A stretch of DNA of 64,000 bases, taken from positions 22,320,001 through 22,384,000 of the forward strand of contig JAQFVV010000005.1 of the NCBI GenBank assembly GCA_028023455.1, written 5' to 3'. The position numbers and the translations under genes were made by a program. This stretch comes from Epiperipatus broadwayi. Lineage: Eukaryota > Animalia > Onychophora. The notes beneath the pieces are model-generated. The model was not told the origin of the DNA and searched no databases. It saw nothing but the letters and a program-made list of their open reading frames with translations. Of this stretch, positions 26,584 through 39,313 are shown one piece after another; positions within the stretch are counted from its first letter, which is position 1, and each line of letters opens with the position of its first letter.

Positions 26584-27182
26584 GTAAGTGTCAGTCACTA
26601 GTAGTTATTGATAGTATAATAGTGAATCCTTGATTATGACTTGGCTTTTAATTCTTAATATATTAAACTTTTCCTCTGCAATTTAATTTTTATATACTTT
26701 TTTTATGTATCTAATATGAACTCCCATGTTCTGTGATAATAATGTAGTGACATCTATATGTATACATAATCTTAAATAAGTACTGGGTGATCAATTAGCT
26801 CCAGATAGTGATGCAAATAAGGCATTTAATTTTATAATTTGCCTCTGAGTAATTCACCCTCTTTCAAACAAGGAGAAATTAGTAAATATTAATTAGATTG
26901 TTATATAGCATTTACTGATTTTTACTACTTACATTAAATTGTGAGTGAATATAGATGTCACTAGTATATGGCTTGAATTAATGGATAAGCAGTTGTCTTA
27001 ATGAAGACCTAGCTTGTGATTTTTTCAAAAGAAAATGGAAACAGTTTAGTTTGGAAATGTAAAATGGAGTTGATTCAAACTAGTCTTCTAAAAAGAAATT
27101 TTTAAATCTAAATTGTGCACTATATTTCTTAGAAGTATTATTTTTATATTTTCTTTACTTTTTTTGGATTTCTTCATATATT

Positions 27183-29648
27183 CACATATTATTTTTTTAT
27201 AAATCTCCTCATATGCACTATAATGTAAATTTTATATCATTCCTCCTTTATTTTCTAACAGCTTTTACTGTCTTGCAGTCTTCATCAGAGCTACAACATT
27301 TAAAACATATAATCATGTAACCATTGTTTTACATACATATAAAAATATATATTTTACATTCTTATTCATAATCATATTTTATTTTTAACTCGATATCTTT
27401 ACTTTTCTTATTTCCTAATTATTATTTTCTTATTATTTCTTTATTATTTCTACTTCATTTTTATTTTTATTCTTTATTTTTTATTTCTTCTTCTATCATT
27501 CTACATTATTCTTTAATTTATCTCTATCACCTTTCTATTTTATTTTAATACCTATTAATCTAATTTTTTTTCTTTATTTCTACTATTTATCTAATTCTTT
27601 TATTAATAATTTTTATTTATTTCTATACCTATCATTGCATATAAAAGCGATTTACCCGCTGACGAAGAAGCTGCAAAAACCAAAACAATTAAATGGGCCG
27701 AGCGCTTTCGAGGTTTTCCCTCATATTCACGGCCAACATTAATTATTCTCATTTTTAAGTTATATTCATTTTATTCACTTTTTATAACCTTATTCTTCCT
27801 TTTTACATTTATAACTGACTCTTTTTTAAATTCTTTAGCCTTTTTTTTATATACTCCTTTAATGTAACTCACTATATTTTCAATTTCTTAAAATTTTTAC
27901 CTTATTCTTTAAACGTTTTATTTTTAATAAACTTTATATATATCTATTATTACTAATATTTCTATAAAAATTAAGTCTTTATCCCCCCTGCCCATTTTTA
28001 TTTATATTTGCTTTTATCTTCTTAATTAATATAGCTTCTTCTATTTTGCTATCTCTTTTATTAGTATAACCAATCATTTTCATGCTATCTTTCTCAAATA
28101 TATGTCCTGTTTCTATAGAATGCATATAAATTGGTGATTTTTTATCATACCTATGCTGAATCAATTTTGTATACATTGAATTTTTTGTTTCTCCTACATG
28201 TTTAGTTTTTATCTTATTATTTTTACATGCCAAAGATAAAATTAAGATAGACTAATAAGCAACAAAGTGTGACATCCAATTACTAACACCCACTTAAAAA
28301 GCTTAATATAAGAACATATAATTTATTAAAGTAATGTAAAAGAAAATTGTAAGTAACCCAAAACAAAATAAGATTGGAAAACAACAACATCTTGTAAATA
28401 TGTATATATAATGTCTTTTAATAAAGATAAATACTTAAAATAAAAATAAAAATTATTCTTACATGATCTACATTCTATCTCATATACTCCATTTATATGT
28501 TTTTCTATTTCTTTAATATATTTATTATCGAATATATCCATTATATTTCTTTTTTTATTTACTATTTTATATTTAATGACATTATTATATTTTTTATTAT
28601 TTTTTTAAATAATTTTATTAATGTTCTTTACTATATTATTACTATATGTTTTAATTCCCTTATATTCATCTTTTTTTATTCTATCTTTCTTACATTTTCC
28701 CTTCTCTTCTTCTTTGTCTATTCCTTTATATCTTTTTTCTAATATTTTTATACTTTTCTCTATTATTTTCTCTTGATATTCATTTTCTTTAAACTCTTTA
28801 ACTACTAATTCTATCTCTTTCTTATATTCTTCTTCATTTGAACAATAATTAATAGCTCTAGAAACTAATAAATGAAGAGATAGAAAAATAAAAGAAGCTA
28901 TATTAATTAAGAAGATAAATGCAAATCTAAATAGAAATGGGGGTGGGGGTAAAGACATTATTTTTATAAAAAATATTAGTAATAATAGAAAAATAAAAAA
29001 ATATATATATATAAAGTTTTTTAAAAATAAAAAGTTTAAAGAATGGAATATAAAGTTAAAAAAATTGATAATATAGGTAATTAAAAAGAAAAAGAGGCTA
29101 AAGAATTTAAAAAAGAGTTAGTTATAAATGTAAAAAGGAAGAAGACAGTTGTAAAAAGGTGAGTAAAATAAATAAGTAAATTAAAAATGAGAATAATTAA
29201 TAAAGATAGGAATAAATAAAAATTATTAATAAAAGAATAAGTATAGATAAATAATAGAAAAGAAAAAAAGAAATTAAATGAATAGATATTAAAATAAAAA
29301 ATAAAATAGAAAGGCGATAGAGATATATTAAAGAACAATGTAGAATGATAGGATAGAAGAAGAAATAAAAAATAAAGAATAAAAATAAAAAGGAAATACA
29401 AATAATAAAGAAATAATTAGGAAATAAGAGAAGTGAAGGTATAGAGCTAAAAATAAAATAGGATTATGAATAATGTAAAATATGTATATTTATATGTATA
29501 TAAAATAATGGTTATATAATTATATGTTTAAATGTTGTAGCTCTGATGAAGGCTGCAGGGCAGTCTAAACTGTTAAAAAAATAAAAGAGGAATGATATAA
29601 AAATTGCATTAAAGTGTATATGAGGAGATTTATAAAAAAGTAATATGT
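27183..29648 (-). mobile_element. Penelope-like element, 5'-truncated, with an inverted copy of its 3' end (arms ~27183-28060 and ~28870-29648)
   Basis: Minus-strand peptides RAINYCSNEEEYKKE...FKENEY (RT thumb/linker), GVYEIECRSC and VGETKN...QH...H..ETGHIF...EEAIL (GIY-YIG); the + strand arm starts with KIKEAILIKKINANLNRNGGG; CTGATGA hammerhead-like motif in both arms (27282-27288 minus, 29543-29549 plus). Confidence 0.88.
27696..27734 (-). ncRNA. Minimal type I hammerhead ribozyme motif with G3-U8
   Basis: Minus strand GGCC-GTGAATA-T-GAGG-GAAAA-CCTC-GAAA-GCGC-TC-GGCC: 4-bp helix I, 4-bp helix II, palindromic AGCGCT helix III, UC cleavage site; lies in a CpG-rich ~110-bp segment (~27640-27750) absent from the opposite PLE arm. 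Confidence 0.65.
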
Positions 29649-30539
29649 ATATATACTATACTCCTTTTGAGACTGTCAAGAAATGACAATTATTGGGAGA
29701 GTACTTCTAATATGGGGATAGGGAAACAAGAAAAGCTATGTTAACATTCCCTGGAAAAAATTATCCTGAGTTATCAATTACCTAATATATTAACCAATCA
29801 TGAAATTCACAAGAGTAAATAATGATAGCAATATGGATTCTTTTCTTTTTGGAATCTTCTTGTGGAGTTTTATCAAATTGCTATAGGATAATATGCTTAA
29901 AAATTCTAATCATTTAGAGCTAATATTCATCTAGGATCCTATTTATCAAAACTATATTTATCAAAGTGGAGAAACTAACTCAGGATTTCAATCTTGGAAG
30001 AATTAGAATAAGGAAGTTATAAATCATAAAGTGTTATTAATAAACAAATAAATTGTTTTTTAAGCAAGGTTGAATAATCAGTGATTAGAAGGTAAATACA
30101 AACTTTGATTAGTTAATGGTCAATAGACATTAATGTCAACAAACGGATTCTCTATTTATTCATATTGAGTTATCCAAGGTGATTATTTGAAATTTTTAAG
30201 AGATTAAGATTTTGAAGTCAAATTATTTTCTTTGTTCAGCTACATACCTAAAAATTTCATTTATGAAATAATATATGATTAATACATTTTGGAAAAATTA
30301 TGATGTATGCCACATCAAGTATCCTTCCAATTGCACTGTTCTTAGGATTATTGAATTAGTAGATAAAAGAATTTGTGTGTTTAACATTATCTATCTGATA
30401 AGTTTGTATAAAAGTGGGGGCCTTTAATAGATGGGTTTTATCAGTTTTTACATACGAGTAGGAGAATTGGACATTCAATAAGGAAATATAGAGACTTTAA
30501 ATCATACAAGTAAATGTGGAGAGATGTTAAGAATAACAA

Positions 30540-30854
30540 GGAGAAACTGAAAGTTAAATATATGGATGAGAGAATTCATAGTTTTCACTGATGTCCCTGA
30601 AAGAATTAAGAACCTAAAATAGAGTTGATTTAAATATATTCTTAGAAAATATAATAATAGGTGGACATTTGAATTCTTAGACTGTATCCTAAGAGAGTGT
30701 AAAAGACTTAGAAATTGACCATATATTAGATTGATAAAATAAAAATGTATCCTAGAAGGGATATGTAGAAGAAAAACTATTAATCAAGCTAAAGTGAAAG
30801 AAGCATTCATTCTATAGTGGATCAATAAGGTTTGAAAATGATTATGATGATGAT
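30540..30854 (+). mobile_element. Decayed RTE 3' end
   Basis: Similar to 16300-16597 and ends in gattatgatgatgat. Confidence 0.55.
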
Positions 30855-32330
30855 AGTTTTCACATTTTTATAAGTGAAATTTTTTAAAGTATCATGCTTT
30901 CATAGTCAGTGCTAAAATGTGATGTAGTGTTAATATGTTATTGATAACTTCAGTCTTCCTCTCTCTTTCTCTGTGAAAATGTTTTGTGAAGAGTATTGGA
31001 ATTTTCTTTGTTTTTCAATTTACAGTATTCATGTGAAATGCATTATTCATAACAACATCATATGATCACTTGGTTGTGCTTCCCAGAGCAGTTCTTTTCA
31101 ACCCACTCTAGCCCATCTACTGTAAACCTGAGATCAGTTGACATCAGTTGGTATAAATTTATAATATCCACATCCCAGATCAATTTTTGATTTTTTTCTT
31201 AGTTAGTGAAGACATGGAGCTCAAATCTGAAATCAATGCATTTATGTGCCTAGAAGCAACCACATGCTTCTTTTAACTATTTAAAATAATAGCCTGAAAT
31301 TTAAAAAAAAAATGTCCTGAATCCAAGCAAGTCACTGACATAATCATATAAATCTGGCACCAATTCAGTTTCTATGTATTTTACAGCTCTGTAGACCCCT
31401 TCTACTCTTTTGATTAGGAAAATTAATACTAACAGCAACATCACCACATAATTTCTTTCGGTTTAGTCTTATGTTTTCAACAGTATTTCTCTGATGTTAT
31501 TAACCTTCCTAGTCAAAAATTTAAAAGAGGCTTAAAGTTGGCATAAAATTGAACTCTATAAAATATATAGAAAATTGCCTATTGTCAAATCCATAACAAG
31601 AAAATTGACTTAGATTCAAATCCTTATGGTTTTTTGTTAATTTCAGATTTTTAGTGTGAATACTATGAAAAAGCAAAGTTTGGGTTCTGGATGCATAAAT
31701 GTATTGATTTCGGCTTTGAATCTTAATTTATCACTCAGGCTTATGATAGATGGCTCTAAAGTAGAATGAAGAGAACTGCTCTTTAACATTTATTATCAGT
31801 TACAATAAAACTTTAAGTTTCTAAACCTGCAACTTTGATGAGGATGAGTTATCACCCATTGAGCTAATAACTGAAGTTTTATCATCGTTTTCTATTCATT
31901 TGTAGTCTTATTGGCTTGATAGTTAGATCTGATAGTTCGTGGACTGCAGTTCAGCTCTGTTATTTTCAGTGCTCAAATTTCTTATAAACTCCTAAACAAT
32001 AAAATATTTGATTATTATCATGCATGCATCCAGTGGCAGACTCTTGATTTCAAATCCATGGGTAGCCAAATGCGGTCACTTTTGATGCTTGCTCTTTTTA
32101 CAAACTCCCAACTAATAAATTATTCAATTATCACCACTTATATAGGGCAATGGTAAAGTGGCTCCCTGAAACTCATGGTTCATGAGTTGCAGCCCAACTC
32201 TGCCATTTCTGATGCTTGGACTTCTTATTACTTCTCAAGCAATAAATAATTCAATTGTTATAATATATATGTAGCACTCTTTGTAATTTGTTGTAATGAT
32301 AGAGTGTCAAACTCTGCAACACAAAGTCTT

Positions 32331-32615
32331 AAATCACTAAATATCACATGACCACAATTTCCTATGCTTACGCAAGCTGTTGCAACAGCAGCAAACTCCA
32401 TATAGTAATGCTACTTAGGGCATTGTATTCTAAGATCTAGATGTATTACTCTCAGATCTAAGGCATTCTCTCTAATGAAAGCCACAAGCTAGAAACTAGT
32501 CTGGGGATATTGGATAAGTAGGCACTAGATAGGGATTTTATGCACAGATCTTGCATCCATTGATTACTAAAGCTTGCATTAGGTGTCCCTACTGTATGAA
32601 GAGTTTGCTACTGTT
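32331..32615. repeat. Repeat family B, short left terminus plus right arm
   Basis: cactaaatatcacatgacc...ctaagatctagatg...gaaagccacaagctagaaactagtctggggatattgga...gcactagatagggattttatgc. Confidence 0.85.
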
Positions 32616-32830
32616 TGAATTCAAGATCTATGAGTCAGGCCACCTTCGTCATTCTTGGTACTTAAACTTTTTATGAAATTCTGATCAATAAACCATTCAA
32701 TTATTTTATTTTATTTTAATACTTATATAAGTATTTTATTTTAATACTTATATAAGTAATATATGCTTATAATGATATATAAATCTTTTTTAATTAATAA
32801 TATATATATATATATTTTCTTAATTTTTAG

Positions 32831-32851
32831 AAACCCCTGTTTTCCCACCAG
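32831..32851 (+). CDS. 21-nt proline-rich linker micro-exon: KTPVFPP
   Basis: ttttcttaatttttag acceptor, gtcagt donor at 32852; phase 1-1; open; resembles Pro-rich leaders of other exons (APPPPK, VPQMPLP). Confidence 0.6.
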
Positions 32852-33261
32852 GTCAGTAAATAATTTTCTTGTATGATTTTATTGCATTTCATTGATAATT
32901 ATAAATAAAAAATGTTTCATATAATTTAAAATCAATATTCTATTTTATAAGATTTTCTCTGTCATTTCTAGGTATGTTCTCCGAAATAAATAGAAAGACA
33001 AAGCAGCAGGCTTTGATTTTTATGAGTTGTTATTATTTACTAAATTGCAAGATATAAACTATGAAATAATTTTCCTCTTGACAATATTATTAACAATATA
33101 TGTTATGGAATAATTTTAATAGGAAACAACTTTTAGCCATGAATGATATTTTAAAATCTGTACTCAATTTAAGATTGTGAAAATGCTTTTAGATAGGTGA
33201 TCCAAATGGAAATGGAAAAACATTTTTGTATAATAATTTTAAAAACTTTTTATCATAATAG

Positions 33262-35448
33262 CCAAAGGATTGATAGACAACATAGCCAGAGTAACTAGAT
33301 ATTGTAGAATGAAAGAATGGGTATTGGTACTGAGAAAAAGATAGAAAGCCCCATATATTTCAAAAACCCCCATCGTGGCACAACCTGTCACGAATGCAGA
33401 TGTGGTTACCCTACTCTACCAACTTATGGAAGAGGACCGACTTGCAAGAGAAGAAGAGTCAAGGAGGTCAGAAAGGTTCAATCAAAGCCTAGAAACCACG
33501 TTCCAGAAAAATAACCAAAGGCTGGAAGCAATATTTCAAAAGAGTGTAGAAGAGGACCGGAGGCATAGGGCAAAACTCCTAGAAAGTCTGGGGGCTAAAG
33601 AGCGGATTGAAAGAAAACTGCTGGCCATAGATAGGGGAGAAGGCAAAGTACCACATGAAAATTTAGGGGAGTTAAAGGCAGATACAGTCTTAAAAGACCC
33701 CAGAGATAGATCAGAAAGAAAAGAGGGATAATGTAGATAGTAGAGAGGAGTTGAACAAGCAAGATATTATAGAGTATCAGTTGTACCAGAGTATAGTAGA
33801 AACCAAGAAAGGTCAGTGTGAGCAAGAGGTAATGAAGAAAGAGATAGAGAGGAGGATAAGGACAGAAGGTACTGAATCGGCTGAGTGTATCACAGATAGT
33901 AATAGTATGGTGAAAGAAGAAAGGGATAAAACAGAAGAACCAGAGTATATGGGTGAATTAGAACAGGTTATGAAAACTGTACAACCTACAACCCAAATTA
34001 TACCAAAGGAGGTGAAAACAGTTGACACTAAGAAGGAAGAAATAGAGGTTATAAGAAAAACTATAGAAATTGTGAGCCCACCTTCAGAAATACTAGGAGA
34101 AATTCTGAAAATTTCCGAAGGATAAGCTGGACTTGGTGAACAGATTGAGACACAGATAACATAAATTACAGAAAGAGAATTGATAAAGATAAATATACCA
34201 GTGGAAAAGATTGAATTAGGAGCCATTGAAGAAAAGGTCGAGCCAAGTACTTTAGAGAGATTGGGGGTAGAAACTGCCAATGAGAAAGAGGACATTGTGA
34301 TGGGAAAGGAAACTATTAAATTAAATCCATTAAGTGAGGAAGAAATAGTACCCATCATACCTAAATTCTGGAGCCTTTAGGGAGAGCTGAAAAGATGGAA
34401 GCTGTAAATGATGGAACAGAAAGATTAAAAGTTGATTTAGAAATGATTGAAGAAGGGGAAGAACTGCTTTCAGAAATAATCACTGAAGTAGAATACATTC
34501 CAACAAAAGAGATAGAAAAGACAGAGATAGTAATTCCAGCTAAATTACTAGGTGAAATAGTTGAACAAATAGAGCTTCACCAGGAAGAGAAAGAAACTGA
34601 GAAAGGTCCCTCTGAGCTAGGAATATTGAGTGGAGCCGAAAAATTTAATATCATTGATCTGGAGGTTGGTAACAGTAGTCCCACAGTGAGATGGAGTGTG
34701 GCACTGCTGGAACTTGAGTATAGGATGGCATACCACTCTGGTCAGGAAGTCCTGAATAGTATTGTTAGACGTCCAGTAAAATATAAACCAGACCACACAT
34801 CCCTGAAATACCAACAGTTGGCAGCATGGACCATTATGGTAGGTGGTTTGGTCAAGAGGGATTTCAGAGACTTTCATTGCTGGCAGGGCAGACCTCCAGA
34901 GTCCTTAGAAAGTAGGCAGCTGTTCAGACAGGAGCATAGGTTTATCCAAAGCAGTTATAGTAGGTTAGATGACAATCAGACTGTGGCTCCTGGTCTGGAG
35001 AAGTGTTGGTTTTGCTGTGAACCTTGGAGGACCATTAAGGAAACATCTGGTGGGGCTGATTCATGGGTTAACCTCTCGACAGTGTTTAGAAATAAATCAG
35101 CTGTGCTTCTTGTGTTTTTACTTTTGATGAATGGAATCAACTCCTGATCAAAATATCACATTACCAGCATATTGACAGAGGTAGAGATTGGTGTGCTGCC
35201 AAGATCAGATTTAAACCTAAAATCACAAGAGTGATGCCAAGGGGAGAACTCATATGTAAATAGGATATGGAAAGATAAGAGGGTGTTGAAAAGTAAGATG
35301 ATAGTTGTAGGATTGTACCATCCTCCTAGACTAAAGCCAGATATCAAACAACCCCCTGATCCTACCTAAACAATCATAAGTACATGGATCAAACCCCTAC
35401 CTTTTACTTGTATATTAAACTAACCAACCCTGGGGTTTACTAACAACA
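33262..35448 (+). mobile_element. Decayed LTR-retroelement-like remnant with Glu/Lys-rich gag-like coiled-coil ORF pieces
   Basis: Broken ORFs 33375..33731, 33751..34125, 34180..34380 and 34395..35147; no pol motifs; shares ggattgatagacaa, ggtactgagaaa and gaaagccccatatattt with 39314-39830 (minus); no TSD found. Confidence 0.5.
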
Positions 35449-38400
35449 TCTAATTACTTTTACATTTGTTTTTTGTATGACTTTAGAAATATAGTTTTTT
35501 ATATATATAAATTTTTATTGCTAATTAGTTTAGAAGAAATGTTTTATATATCTATTTCTTATATAAGTTTTCATTATGGTGGGGAGTATGAGAGTAATAG
35601 CTAAGCAAGGCATGGAATACATTGAGATGTGTTATGACAAGAGTAAAGTTTTGAGTTTAGTTGTTTAAATGAAAATCAACATTTGATCATTGATCATTAA
35701 TAATCCAGATTAAGTAAAGGCATTTTTTTATTTGGTTTTTAAAGTAAGTTTGGGGATATGAAATGGTCAGTTTCATCCATCTGCCTGTTTCACTTATTTT
35801 ACCCATACATCTATCTATATGCCAGGTTTAAACCCTCCCAGAGTATCCATTCAAATAACATTAAATTATTATATATGCAGAATCATGTATATATATGCGA
35901 GTGGTATGTCTGTAATTTAATTGAATATGTATAGATTACAGAGATGTATCCATTTTATAAATATTTCTAATTTAGGAAATATTTTAGTCTAAATTATTGT
36001 TATGTTATTGGTATATTTTACAGATATGTATATTCAATTTATAGATATTTCTAGTTTAAGAAATACATTATATAAATATTTCTAGTTTAAGAAATATTTC
36101 AGTTAAATTATTTAGCAACTTTATTGTTGTATTATTGAAATCACGTACGCATATTTCCTGTTATTCTGCATCTACTAATTACGAAAGTAACTTTGTCCAA
36201 AATAACATTTGATTTTGTAAACAGATTTTTAATGTAGGTCATACATTTGTTCCTAAAATAGCGTGGATGTTATTTGGTAAATATAAAATGTTAACAACAA
36301 AATAAGCAGGAAAACAGAATCTAAATTACTTTCTTATAATTAAAATTGTTTTTCTAAAATAAATAAATGAGTTTCTCTACTGGGTGTAATTATTAAATGT
36401 TTTGCTAAAATAATTAAATGGACTTTTCAGCTACATTCAAGCTCGTAAAAATTAACAGGTGGACAGAGGTTAAAAAGTATAAATACTTAAAGTTTTATTA
36501 ACAAAAGAGATCATATATATATTAATTCTTTGAATGCATGACTCGTCTAAAAACGAGAAGATTTGACATCACTCTAAATCGGCTACTTTTTATCCCACGT
36601 ATACATATAATATGTCATTCGAAAGAAAATCAAAAGTTCTGTAAGATGGTGCCCTCTTCAGATTTATTTTACAAGTAAAAAATCAATAAAAATGACCATA
36701 TATGTCAAACAAAACCAAAGCACCGCCTCCTCACCAACTTTTCTTGAATCTTATTGGCTGTCCCACTTCTGTCAAAAAGGGAAATGGCTGCCAAAAAGTA
36801 AAAAGTTACGTTCGTTTTGATTTTTATTACGAAAATTATAAATGAATGTTTACAACATTTTAAACAATATTTGAATTGAATTACAAATTATTATTGATAA
36901 AATAATACTAAAAATCAAATTATTTTAGAAAAATAGTTAAGATATTACCAAGAATTATTTATTTATTGCTACATATTGATCGTAACGTTAAAGTGAAAAA
37001 AAAAAGATTGCTGACGCAATCTTTTTTGGTTGGTTGAATAGCGGTTACTTTTATTTCACTGCAATTGAATATTTTTTAAATTATAAATCAAATTTTATTT
37101 TTGAAAAGACTTTCGTTTGTTTCATAATCTGACAATTCAGTAATATACTTTTTACAAACGAAACTAATGTATTTATATTATTAAAAGTGATCTATTTTAA
37201 CAATAGATTTTGTTAAAGTTGTGAGTTGGCCAATTACAAGTTTTGATTTTTAACTCATTCGGCCAATTAAATAATAATCGTTGAAAGGGTTAATATCCTT
37301 CCAAGTGTTTCAAAACTAACTGCAATGGAAACCACTAAATGGTAAATTTTTCTCAGAGCTCTGTCTATAAACTGTGACTTTCGTTTCTTTCTTTTAAAAG
37401 CTAGCTATTCATTAAATCTGCTTTCCCAAACACCTTTACTAAAATCTACAAAGACGATTGTTAAATGCTAAATCTTACCTGATTGTAAAATGCTAAATCT
37501 TGTCTGATTGTAAAACTTGAATTCTCTTTTATAATGTAAAACTTGAATTCTCTTTTAAAATGTAAAACTCCTAATAATCTATTTTAAATGTGTAATTTTC
37601 TGCGGTCTTTTATGCCAATTTCTAAATCTATTCAATTTATTCTATGATTTTATCATTTTAGTGTAATATATGTATTTAATATGCCAAATTACTTGAAACC
37701 ATGAGTATTTATAAATATAATTTTAGCTTATCGATTTGCGAAGATAATTTCAAATCTTCGCTATAATTTAATATTAAATAATTGAATTATTATTCTTCAT
37801 TCTCACTCGCTGTTTCGAGATCATATTATTTTACTGATTAAGTTTTGGGTATTAATATTACAATAATCAGTTATCTAGTTATTTTATGTATTTTGCTTAA
37901 TTTTAGTTATGAATTATAACTATTTATATATATATAACTCGTATATCATCGGAACTAGCCACAGAAATATTCTCAAAGCATATTTTAATGTTTTACTCAT
38001 AATTACCCTGCAAATATGCTTTGCCCTCCTTAAATTTATATATGTTGAGATGCAGGTGATAATATTAAACTAGGTTACTAATTAATTTAGTCCCTAAATA
38101 GTATATTTACAATACTAAATTTGAGAACTGGATTGTATAGATATGCAAATAGATGCCATCTAATTTTAAGGCATGGTAATATAATTTTACGCATTTGCAT
38201 TATATATATTTATAAGTTGCGGATGTGTCCTTACAAAGTATGCAATGTACACTTATTGGCTTGCTGCATGATTCTCGATGACGTGCTGGTGGAGGTCATT
38301 CTCATCCACTTTAGTTCGGGTTCAAGCACACTTTTAGAACTAGGGCACAAGAACCTAGATGATTCATAATGCTTATCCGACTACCTGAACTACTAATGTT

Positions 38401-38819
38401 CTTATTCGTGGCAAGTTGAGCAGTCTTAGGGCAAACCGAGTCTTTGAAGACTGAAGCCTGTGAATAATGACCCATTCGCACCTTTTTGCTTAATTAATAT
38501 TGTAATATGTGCCATAGAGGATATAGGTAAACCTGTCATAAACCAGTTTTTTCTCCTTTTATATTAAATACTTATCTAGCATTAGTGTATATCCTAATCT
38601 AGGTTAACATGCTAACCTGCGTATCTCTGAGCCTAATTACATGCTCAAATTAATTTTATATAGATAGACGCCACTATTATAGTTAGTTATATAACTTTGG
38701 CTATAAAGTTCCACATGATCTAGCAGACTACAAAAGAGCTAGAAATTTGGCATATTAATTAATATAGGCATGAAATTCCGATACCGCACTACACATTATT
38801 AAACACTTATAATGAGACA

Positions 38820-39313
38820 TGTAACATTGATCTCAGCAGTTATCTAACGCCTGCGAGTGTTATATCTCACGTTCCCATCATATAATTTGGTATGTTTTGA
38901 TTTATTGTTTGCTATTGTTTTATTAAAGTAATAATATTTAAAATTATAACTCGTTTGCATATTTTTATTGTCTGTGAATTCATTTTGTCCAACTCTATAT
39001 TTAAGTTGCACATACACCATTTCATATATATGTAGATTAGTCTGTTAAGTTCTATAATTAATTACTTAGCCATATGTGTATATGTCTGACCAAATCAGTG
39101 ATAAACTAGTTAAATTTGTGAGTCTCTTGTTCCACCATGAGTGACTGCCGGACCGAAGGTAAGTCATCCATTGGGTATTAAATCATTGAGCAGAGGTGAA
39201 AGGATTGAATGTTGGTTGGATTCTGAATCCCAGTATCCGGATTCGATCAGCTTTAGTGTATTTTGCCTGTGTTCTAGATTTTGTTACATGGAGGGACAAT
39301 TCTTACCGTTACA
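38820..39313. mobile_element. Possible solo LTR (TGTAAC...GTTACA, 494 bp)
   Basis: 6-bp terminal inverted repeat, attaaa, TCAGT initiator-like motif at 39095, retained CpGs; abuts a gag-like remnant; no TSD found. Confidence 0.35.
39123..39158 (+). CDS. Candidate 36-nt exon VSCSTMSDCRTE supplying EGF Cys1 and Cys2, or an alternative first exon from ATG 39137
   Basis: Strong AAG/GTAAGT donor at 39159 in phase 1; two in-frame Cys; weak GAG acceptor at 39120-39122; CCACCATG context. Confidence 0.4.

Noticed and set aside
28497-29401. Hydrophobic F/I/L-rich membrane proteins (28497..28742 + and 29081..29401 -)
   Set aside because: Antisense readings of A-rich Penelope sequence.
35826-35903. 78-nt phase 1-1 exon-like segment (GLNPPRVSIQ...)
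   Set aside because: The peptide is AT-repeat-like with one Cys and no EGF pattern; probably chance.
37003-37028. Helitron 3' hairpin or intrinsic terminator
   Set aside because: No CTRR end nearby, and a bacterial terminator makes no sense here. Kept only as part of the CpG-island observation.
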